A DNA stretch of 64,000 bases, from the NCBI GenBank assembly GCA_041659505.1, contig JBAZYF010000002.1, positions 51,966 through 115,965 of the forward strand, in the 5' to 3' direction. Positions 56,857 to 64,000 of this stretch are shown one piece after another. The position numbers were made by a program, and so were the translations under genes. Numbering within the stretch: position 1 is the stretch's first letter; each line of letters opens with the position of its first letter. Origin of the DNA: Parcubacteria group bacterium (GTDB lineage: Bacteria > Patescibacteriota > Minisyncoccia > Moranbacterales > UBA2206). The notes under the pieces are model-generated. The model made no database searches. It was not told where the DNA came from and saw nothing but the letters and a program-made list of their open reading frames with translations.

Positions 56857-57801
56857 TCATTTCTGTCCAATGTTTTTTCTGGCTTTTAGGTACATCGGAA
56901 AAGCAACAAAACTTAAAAGCATCTGGAGAAAACGTCCCAGGATTGCTGCGATGATGATGAGTGAACTGGGCACGCCGAAATAACCGAAAAAAGTGACGTA
57001 GGCCCATTCCTTGAGACCGATGTTGTTGACCGTGATCGGAATGGATGAAACGATTGTGATCAGAAAAATGACCGACAGATAATTAAGCACTCCGATCTGC
57101 ACGCCCAAAGCCTTGAGTAGCACAAAGTTAGCCATGGCCATTCCAATCATCGCGAACAGCCCACCCCAAACGATTGAACGCCCCAGAATGCCATGATCAT
57201 GCGTGTAGCCTTGCAGTTCGCGAAAGAAATGCCGGATTTTTTCCGGCAGAAAGCGCGCGGATAATTTTTGTAAATATGCTAAATCTCTAATTTTAATAAT
57301 CAACACATCAACTGCCAAAAAACCGATGATCGCCAGATTGAAAAGCAAAAGAACTCGATTACCCAAAACAAATCGCCAATTCAACAAACTGAAAAACAAA
57401 GCTAGAATTGTAGCCGCAACCAGACCAGTCAACCGATCAATTACCACCGTTGACGCCGCCTCGGGATATTTTTTTTCAAGTCGCCCAATCTGATAGGCGC
57501 GATAAGTATCCCCGCCGATAAAAGACGGCATAAAATTATTCACAAACGTACCGGTCAGATAAAACTTAAAAAAGTCTCCGAAGGGAGCACGAATTTTTTT
57601 GTGATTAGCGAGAATTTTCCATTTGTACGACGAGATCATTATCCCCAAGAGTATCAACGCTAGATAGAGCGCGATCTGCCAGATTTGCACGCGCTGCAAG
57701 TTGACCCAGGCTTCTCGCCAGTCAACTTTAAGAATGACCCAGGTCAAAAGCCCCAGACTGACGGCAAGTTTCAAGATAAATTTAGCGAGTTTTTTTGTCA
57801 T
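56857..57801 (-). CDS. flippase-like membrane protein (lysylphosphatidylglycerol-synthase TM-region / UPF0104 family)
   Basis: 314 aa, ~8 TM, FIGGDTYRAYQIG motif; sits beside glycosyltransferases. Confidence 0.6.
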   Translation of the reverse strand: MTKKLAKFILKLAVSLGLLTWVILKVDWREAWVNLQRVQIWQIALYLALILLGIMISSYKWKILANHKKIRAPFGDFFKFYLTGTFVNNFMPSFIGGDTYRAYQIGRLEKKYPEAASTVVIDRLTGLVAATILALFFSLLNWRFVLGNRVLLLFNLAIIGFLAVDVLIIKIRDLAYLQKLSARFLPEKIRHFFRELQGYTHDHGILGRSIVWGGLFAMIGMAMANFVLLKALGVQIGVLNYLSVIFLITIVSSIPITVNNIGLKEWAYVTFFGYFGVPSSLIIIAAILGRFLQMLLSFVAFPMYLKARKNIGQK

Positions 57802-57818
57802 TCTTTATTTCTCAAGTA

Positions 57819-57863
57819 GTCGGTTCAATTCTCCCGAATTGAACCTTTTATTTCTAATCAGCT
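57819..57863 (-). repeat. 45-bp hairpin repeat, copy B (inverted relative to copy A)
   Basis: minus strand reads AGCTGATTAGAAATAAAAGGTTCAATTCGGGAGAATTGAACCGAC, identical to 25984-26028. Confidence 0.7.
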
Positions 57864-57883
57864 AAATTAAACTGGATATTTTC

Positions 57884-59062
57884 TTATTTCTTATTTTTAC
57901 TAACTTGCTCATACACCGCAAAATACTGCTCCGCCACACTTTTCCAGCTCATTTTTTCAGCGATTTTACGGCTTTCCATCCCCATGCTTTTTGTCAGTTC
58001 TGGATTATTGATCAATTTCTCCAGTTTTTCCGCGATATCATTACCATCCTTAAATTTCACAATATAGCCATTCGCTCCCTCAACAATCAATTCATCCGCT
58101 CCACCGGTTGGCGTCATAATGATCGGCATTCCGCTCGCCATCGCTTCAAGCATATTATTACTCATCCCCTCATTGTCAGACGGCAGAACAAACACATCTG
58201 ATGCCTGATGGTGATGCACATATTCCGTATTAGGATCAACTAGTCCAGTAAAAGAAACTTTATCTTCAATACCGAAATCTTTAACTTGTTGTCTCAACTC
58301 TCCCTCAGCGTTGCCTTCTCCGCCGGCAATAGTGAGGCGCAGATTGGGATATTTTTTGTAAATCTTCGCAAAAGCATCAATAGCATAGTTAAAACCTTTT
58401 CTTCTAGAAAGCCGAGACGCGCAAAGAATAGTAAAATTCTCATGGGGCACGGGAGATTCTTCAGGCTTAAAAACATCCGTATACACCCCGTTATAAATAA
58501 CTCCAATTTCTTGGCGCTGATTGCTTTTAAGCGCAAGCTTTTTAATCACCAAGCTATTAGCAATTACCGCAGCGGCCATTTTCCAAATGAACACGATCGG
58601 CCACTTGAGGATAAAATAAATCCGCATAAATCGCTCGCTGTAATACGGAACATCTGAACCACGAAGCGATACGACATAGGGCAAGCCAAATTCAAATCTT
58701 AAAAGCATCGAAATAAACCCGCACGGCACGGTAAAAAACGAATGAGTCAAATCATAGGGGGTTTTTTCACGTTTCGCTTTTTTAATCAATTTTCTGGCAA
58801 AAAAGAAAGCTTTCCACGAATAAACGATTAATTGTTTTTGCGATTGATACATCGCATTTTCTTTATTTTTACCGATTGGCAAACGATGGACATGAATATT
58901 TTCGCTCAGGTTGTCTAAATGATATTCACTATCAAAGGAAGAAGTAATTAGATCGACTTCTAAATCAGAATATTTAACATATTCTTTCAATATGTTTTCG
59001 GTAGCATGAGCCGCTCCCCCGCCGAGTGGCGGATATTCATAGTTGAAAAATAATACTTTCAT
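57884..59062 (-). CDS. glycosyltransferase family 4 (GT-B, retaining)
   Basis: EGMSNNMLEAMASGMPII E-x7-E motif; GGADELIVEGANGYIV. Confidence 0.75.
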   Translation of the reverse strand: MKVLFFNYEYPPLGGGAAHATENILKEYVKYSDLEVDLITSSFDSEYHLDNLSENIHVHRLPIGKNKENAMYQSQKQLIVYSWKAFFFARKLIKKAKREKTPYDLTHSFFTVPCGFISMLLRFEFGLPYVVSLRGSDVPYYSERFMRIYFILKWPIVFIWKMAAAVIANSLVIKKLALKSNQRQEIGVIYNGVYTDVFKPEESPVPHENFTILCASRLSRRKGFNYAIDAFAKIYKKYPNLRLTIAGGEGNAEGELRQQVKDFGIEDKVSFTGLVDPNTEYVHHHQASDVFVLPSDNEGMSNNMLEAMASGMPIIMTPTGGADELIVEGANGYIVKFKDGNDIAEKLEKLINNPELTKSMGMESRKIAEKMSWKSVAEQYFAVYEQVSKNKK

Positions 59063-59071
59063 AAATTCAAA

Positions 59072-60406
59072 CTATAAAGAAGCACGGCCGATTGAATGAT
59101 AATCAAAGCCGAGTTCCTTCATCTTTTTTGGATCATAAAGTAACCGTCCATCAAAAACTACCGCCTGTTTCAAGCGCTTTTTAACCTCATCAAAATCAAC
59201 ACTGCGAAACTCTTTCCATTCGGTGATGATAAGCAATCCGTCAGTTCCGTCAAGTGCATCGTACTTACTTTCAAAATAAGTAATATTTTCATTGTCGCCA
59301 AAATATTGCGGAGTTTTTGCCATCTTCATCGCTTCGGGATCATGCGCCTGGATCTTCGCTCCGCGAGAAAGTAAATCATTAATAATAGTGATGGCCGCCG
59401 ATTCGCGCATATCATCCGTTCCCGCCTTGAAAGCCAGTCCCCAGACGGAAAATGTCTTGCCTTTCAAATCTTCGCCATTTTTTTTCACCACCATATCACT
59501 CAAGACATGTTTTTGTTTTTCATTAGTAGCTAGTGTTTGCTTGAACATCTCAGCTTCATAACCGCAATCTTTGGCAATTTTTACAATCGCTCTAACATCT
59601 TTGGGAAAACAGCTACCGCCGAAACCGACGGAAGCATAAATAAAAGCCTCGCCTATTCTAGGATCAGCGCCAATGGCTTTTCTAATATGATCAAAATCCG
59701 CTCCGACGCACGCGCAAATATTGGCCAAGTCATTGCTCAGTGAAACCTTAGCCGCCAAAAAACTATTCGCAGCGTATTTGACAGTTTCCGCCGTTTTCGG
59801 ATCCATGGCATAGAAACGGCTTTCTCGACGCATGAATGGCGCATAGAGTTCTCGCATTGTTTCAATTACAGCCGGATCATCTGCACCGATCACCACCCGA
59901 CTTGGTTCCATAAAATCTTCCACGGCGGTTCCTTGCGCCAAAAATTCTGGATTGCTTACCACGAAAAAAGGAATGTTGGATCCGCGCTTTTCCTGCTCTT
60001 CCGCAATCGTTTTTTTGACCAACTCGGCCGTACCGACTGGTACAGTCGATTTATCCACCACAATCAAAGGATGGTCGATAATCTGTCCCACTGAACGCGC
60101 CACATCCAACACATGACTAAGGTCTGCACTGCCATCTTCGTTGGGCGGAGTGCCGACAGCGATAAACAAGATATTGCTCGCTTTCAAGGCTTCTTCGAAA
60201 TTAGTCGTATAGCGCAAAGTTTTCGCTTTGAGATTTTTTTCCACCAATTCGTCTAGGCCATCTTCGTGGAGTGGCACTTTGCCCGCACTAAACTGATCAA
60301 TCTTCTTTTGATCTTTGTCAACACAAATAACTGTATTGCCCATCTCGGCAAAACACGCACCGGTAACTGAACCGACATAGCCTGTTCCAATAATTGCTAC
60401 TTTCAT
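59072..60406 (-). CDS. ugd: UDP-glucose 6-dehydrogenase family (nucleotide-sugar dehydrogenase)
   Basis: Rossmann MKVAIIGTGYVGSV, catalytic GGSCFPKD signature, 444 aa. Confidence 0.85.
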   Translation of the reverse strand: MKVAIIGTGYVGSVTGACFAEMGNTVICVDKDQKKIDQFSAGKVPLHEDGLDELVEKNLKAKTLRYTTNFEEALKASNILFIAVGTPPNEDGSADLSHVLDVARSVGQIIDHPLIVVDKSTVPVGTAELVKKTIAEEQEKRGSNIPFFVVSNPEFLAQGTAVEDFMEPSRVVIGADDPAVIETMRELYAPFMRRESRFYAMDPKTAETVKYAANSFLAAKVSLSNDLANICACVGADFDHIRKAIGADPRIGEAFIYASVGFGGSCFPKDVRAIVKIAKDCGYEAEMFKQTLATNEKQKHVLSDMVVKKNGEDLKGKTFSVWGLAFKAGTDDMRESAAITIINDLLSRGAKIQAHDPEAMKMAKTPQYFGDNENITYFESKYDALDGTDGLLIITEWKEFRSVDFDEVKKRLKQAVVFDGRLLYDPKKMKELGFDYHSIGRASL

Positions 60407-60428
60407 ATATTTTTTCTGAGATTAATTA

Positions 60429-61367
60429 TTAACTTTCAATAATTTCTTTGATCGAATAGTTCATATGTCCTTGACTTTTGTAATAATTCTTGATAAGAAT
60501 GTCAGCAAGAAGTCCAAAGATAAATAGCTGGATACCGATGAGCACCAAAAATATGCCCATGAGTGGCCAAATTTTGTCGGAGAGCGAAGTGTGAAAAAAT
60601 ATTTTCATTACCGCCATCCAGATCAAAATCAAAAATCCCGCAAATGACAAAACCATACCGCTCCCACCAAAAAGATGGAGTGGTCGGTTAGCATATTTAC
60701 GCCAAAACCAGATCGAAACCATATCCACAAAACCCTTGATTCCTCTTTTCCAGTTATAGAAAGTTACGCCGTGAATTCTGGGATGATGAGATACTTTCAC
60801 CTCTCCGACTCGATAGCCCTGCATTTCCAAAATAGCTGGAATAAACCTATGCATCTCGCCAAAAAGATCAATGTCTTTGAAACACTCTCTTTTGTAGGCT
60901 TTGAGACTGCAACCTGAATCATGAATCTTGTCCTGAATAAGCACTTTACGCAAAAGGTTAGCTCCCCTGGAAAAAAACTTTTTAGAAAAACTATCCTTGC
61001 GTTTATGGCGCCAGCCAGCCACAATATCATAACCTTTTTCCATTTCTTCCAAAAGCAAGTGAATATCCGCCGGGTCATTTTGCAAATCTCCATCTGTAGT
61101 AATTATGATCTCTCCCTTGGAATTTTTTATTCCAGCATCAAATCCGGCCGTCTGACCAAACCATTTTCGAAAATTAATCAATTTGAGTGGAGAGAGTCCT
61201 TTGCAATTTTCAAGCGTCTTGTCCGTTGATCCATCGTTGATAAAAATAATTTCATAACTTTTCCCCATTTTTTGACAGGCCTCGACAATCCGCCGGTGCA
61301 TTTCTTTTACATTATCCTCCTCATTGTTTAGCGGTACGATGATTGACAGTTCAATTTTTTCATCCAT
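60429..61367 (-). CDS. GT2 polyprenyl-phosphate glycosyltransferase (ArnC/GtrB/CsbB-like), C-terminal TM helices
   Basis: LSIIVPLNNEE, NDGSTD, TDGDLQ (DXD) motifs; two C-terminal TM helices. Confidence 0.8.
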   Translation of the reverse strand: MDEKIELSIIVPLNNEEDNVKEMHRRIVEACQKMGKSYEIIFINDGSTDKTLENCKGLSPLKLINFRKWFGQTAGFDAGIKNSKGEIIITTDGDLQNDPADIHLLLEEMEKGYDIVAGWRHKRKDSFSKKFFSRGANLLRKVLIQDKIHDSGCSLKAYKRECFKDIDLFGEMHRFIPAILEMQGYRVGEVKVSHHPRIHGVTFYNWKRGIKGFVDMVSIWFWRKYANRPLHLFGGSGMVLSFAGFLILIWMAVMKIFFHTSLSDKIWPLMGIFLVLIGIQLFIFGLLADILIKNYYKSQGHMNYSIKEIIES

Positions 61368-61389
61368 AAATCGATGAGTTAATAGTTAA

Positions 61390-61731
61390 TTAATTCTTAT
61401 TGATTATAACACCATCCTTCTCTTCGTGCAATTCAAAAAAGGCCATCGTAGCCGTGAAAATCATCAAGTAATATGCCCAGATTGCGCTGGTTTCCGCCCA
61501 ATCCTCCTTTTTCGCTACAAGCAAAGCGGCGGTTGCAACGAGCAAAATGATCGCCCCACCGGCCGGAAAGCGACTAGAAATCGGGTGTAGAAGAAATAGT
61601 ACAAATAAAATGAAAAAAATCGCGTTGGCAATTTCCCATTGGAAATAAAATGCCATCCCGACGGTGAACAAAACCAGTACCGCTTCCAGAAAGATTTTGA
61701 GAGAAATTTTGGGAAAAATATTTTTTGACAT
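61390..61731 (-). CDS. small 4-TM membrane protein (DUF2304/GtrA-like position)
   Basis: 113 aa polytopic; the position normally held by GtrA-like/DUF2304 proteins. Confidence 0.4.
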   Translation of the reverse strand: MSKNIFPKISLKIFLEAVLVLFTVGMAFYFQWEIANAIFFILFVLFLLHPISSRFPAGGAIILLVATAALLVAKKEDWAETSAIWAYYLMIFTATMAFFELHEEKDGVIINKN

Positions 61732-61739
61732 AGTGATGA

Positions 61740-63392
61740 TTATTTTAATTTCAATTCAGCCGTTATTTTCAAATTCTTAAGCGCAAAAGACTTGCCCTTG
61801 CTCGTGTCGCTCGGATCATAGGTAATTTTGAAATAAACCGTGCGCGCCTCTTTTGTGGGAACAATATCCGCATCAAACACTTGTACTGATTCTTCCGTTA
61901 CAACTGGAACTGTATTATCAGCGACAGCTAAAGAATCTTGCGCTTCTGAAGTATCACTGCTGGAACCATCAACGCTTTCGCCGTTATCAGCTTCAATAGC
62001 AGTCGTCGCCAACTCAGAACCAGCCGAAAAGGGCAAATCGACCCAGTCATTTTGATCAAAAGAATAACTCACCTTGACCTTTTTCCAGCCGGCTTTCACT
62101 TGCGAAGCGGAAAAATTCAATTTACTGATCGGGTAAAGCATATTTACGGCGTAGCTAAAACTAGCATTATCTTTGGCGGGAGCATAAATAATTTTGTCGC
62201 TTTCGCTAAATTCCGTCCCGGCGGACGCCCCAGACAAATCGAACAAATCAACAAATTTCCCTTCGGTCGCATAAGAATACCGGCCGCTGCCCTTGCCCAA
62301 ATCTTCAATCTTGGCGCCATTGAAAATTTTCATTCCGCCTTCCTGCAACAACTGCGCGCCATAAATTTTGAAATATAAATCACCATCGATCGGGTACATC
62401 TCCTTTCCCTTTTTCACTACAGCGATTCCCGCAGAATATTTATCCTCCTTGCTTCCCTTGAGTTCCAAATAATTCTGTTTGCTGACATCGACTTTCGAAT
62501 TGTCCAGACTGATGAGATAATATTGGTTTTTTTCCAGCATCCCGAACAAGGGAAAAAGAAAAGTGCCGTCAGCTTGGCGATATTTCTCGATGCTACTAAA
62601 AGAAAAGGCCGTATCGACAATAACAGCCCCGTCATAGGAAACACTTTCACCGTCATAGTTCACTTTGCGCAAACTCAATGTGTATTGCCGGCTGCCCGAA
62701 TTGAGATTTTTGTTTATATCAATCTTAAGACTCACGGCGGAAATCACCGAGTCTTTCGCCTGAAAAACTTGCCCTAAAATTGTTTTGCTATCTTTCAGCC
62801 AAGGAAAAGCATAATCAGAATCCGTCTGGCTGGCGGTAACTGCCTCCAAATTCGTTTCGCCCACCAGCGTCTTTTTCATCGCTACCAATTCTGCCTGGCT
62901 GGTCGCATTGAGCTTGGTGATGCCGACGGCTTTGATGAAAATATTTCCCGCTGAATTGGGGTCCTTTTTTTGAAACAATAGACTGTCAAAGCCATCCGAC
63001 AAATAGAAAAATACTTCTTGCGGTTGGAATTTGTCAGAAGGAACGAGATTCAGCTCGGCAATCTGACTTTCCTTCTCGGTATAAGTATTTAGATCCATCA
63101 GCACCGGCATCGCTGAATCGCTTTTTTCCAAAAAAGTCACGCGATAATAGCCAGAGGGCTGATCTTTAAATATATCATCGACATAATAGTAACCGTTATC
63201 CTTTGTCAGTTGCGGTTTTTCCGCCACGGTGCTCAAACATTTCCCCGAAGCGCAAGCTTCAGTCGTTTTTTTATGATTAGCATAAAGCGCCTGATTAATC
63301 ACAAACACCAACCCCAAAAAAGCCACCACCAAAAAAATGCGCTTATTTATCTTAAGAATATTAATTAATTTTTTCCCAAAATTATTTTGCAT
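61740..63392 (-). CDS. hypothetical secreted/anchored protein (N-terminal signal anchor, Ser/Thr/Lys-rich)
   Basis: start at MQNNFGKK..; hydrophobic LVVAFLGLVFVINQALYA; no motif recognised. Confidence 0.45.
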   Translation of the reverse strand: MQNNFGKKLINILKINKRIFLVVAFLGLVFVINQALYANHKKTTEACASGKCLSTVAEKPQLTKDNGYYYVDDIFKDQPSGYYRVTFLEKSDSAMPVLMDLNTYTEKESQIAELNLVPSDKFQPQEVFFYLSDGFDSLLFQKKDPNSAGNIFIKAVGITKLNATSQAELVAMKKTLVGETNLEAVTASQTDSDYAFPWLKDSKTILGQVFQAKDSVISAVSLKIDINKNLNSGSRQYTLSLRKVNYDGESVSYDGAVIVDTAFSFSSIEKYRQADGTFLFPLFGMLEKNQYYLISLDNSKVDVSKQNYLELKGSKEDKYSAGIAVVKKGKEMYPIDGDLYFKIYGAQLLQEGGMKIFNGAKIEDLGKGSGRYSYATEGKFVDLFDLSGASAGTEFSESDKIIYAPAKDNASFSYAVNMLYPISKLNFSASQVKAGWKKVKVSYSFDQNDWVDLPFSAGSELATTAIEADNGESVDGSSSDTSEAQDSLAVADNTVPVVTEESVQVFDADIVPTKEARTVYFKITYDPSDTSKGKSFALKNLKITAELKLK

Positions 63393-64000
63393 TTTCTTTT
63401 TTTTGAACAATATTACTATTATGCCTCTTTTCTTTCCAAAAAACAAGCGTCAGTAGCGAAAAAAAGATTGCCCCAAGCGAGATGATTCCGCCCAAGTATA
63501 GATAACTTTGCGGGCGATAATATAGGCTCAGTGCTGTACGACCATCATTATCCTTAGCGCAAGCATCAGCTATCTCGCGCGGGTAAATGAGGAATGCATT
63601 TAGCCCGGCATCAGTCATCTTGTGATTTTCCACCGGCAAGATCGCTTTTTTTCCCAGCAGCGCATACCAAGGAGTATTGCCACAAACTACCTGCCAATCC
63701 GGGTGATATTTTTCCGCAAAATTGACCCGGACCGGACCGTCAAAATTTTTGAGCCTAAAATCCCAGTGCGCCGAATTTTCCAGGGAATAGTCCACCGGCG
63801 CAAAAGTAATCTCGCGATGGATCGTCTCTGGCTCGTCTGTCAGATAAATCCGCGGACGCGCCGTCTCGTTTTCAAAAATCGTTTTTTCTCCAAGCCCCAA
63901 GTCCAGCTTTTTCCATTCAGGATTAGCGACAAGATTTTTCACCATATAAAAATTTGCTTGATCACTCACGAGATAGCGCACCGCGGACTGTGAAAGCAAG
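63382..64000 (-). CDS. C-terminal part of a large membrane protein, YfhO-like (partial; runs off the window)
   Basis: extracytoplasmic region ending in a C-terminal TM (YLYLGGIISLGAIFFSLLTLVFW); pairing with the GT2 recalls the CsbB-YfhO system. Confidence 0.45.
   Translation of the reverse strand, partial: LLSQSAVRYLVSDQANFYMVKNLVANPEWKKLDLGLGEKTIFENETARPRIYLTDEPETIHREITFAPVDYSLENSAHWDFRLKNFDGPVRVNFAEKYHPDWQVVCGNTPWYALLGKKAILPVENHKMTDAGLNAFLIYPREIADACAKDNDGRTALSLYYRPQSYLYLGGIISLGAIFFSLLTLVFWKEKRHNSNIVQKKENAK

Overview
The window is a low-GC, gene-dense bacterial chromosomal segment, mostly on the minus strand, dominated by housekeeping genes. The reduced, patchy gene content (orphan groES, lone gatB, many hypotheticals, split ribosomal-protein clusters) is compatible with a small-genome lineage such as CPR/Patescibacteria, but that is only an inference. 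Recognisable genes include priA, def, fmt, obg, yidD, murI, three ABC exporters, oleate hydratase, tsf, rpsB, rpmE, and a ribosomal cluster rpsI-rplM-rplQ-rpoA-rpsD-rpsK-rpsM-rpmJ-infA. Further along are thrS-miaB-miaA, gatB, a dTMP-synthesis neighbourhood (DHFR-like, HD, thyA, dCMP deaminase), ftsEX, prfB, a tRNA cluster with rpmG, and a cell-envelope glycosylation cluster at the 3' end. The most unusual content is at least five families of short palindromic or MITE-like repeats. Three copies are ~170-180 bp elements with 30-bp hairpin terminal inverted repeats. Copies of the palindromes sit in-frame inside miaB and miaA, supply the miaA stop codon, interrupt the D-loop of a truncated tRNA-Thr duplicate, and are nested inside one another. 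Other notable items are a 780-aa protein built from about nine tandem ~85-aa 'GW...HPEWF...YSPELV' repeats next to the tRNA cluster. A GAF/PAS sensor is split by a G8 homopolymer that a G9 would repair, and prfB carries the classic CTT-TGA-C +1 frameshift. The nucleotide-metabolism island also holds two HIT-like genes and a dCMP deaminase with an N-terminal domain of unknown function. No CRISPR array, rRNA or obvious integrated phage was seen.
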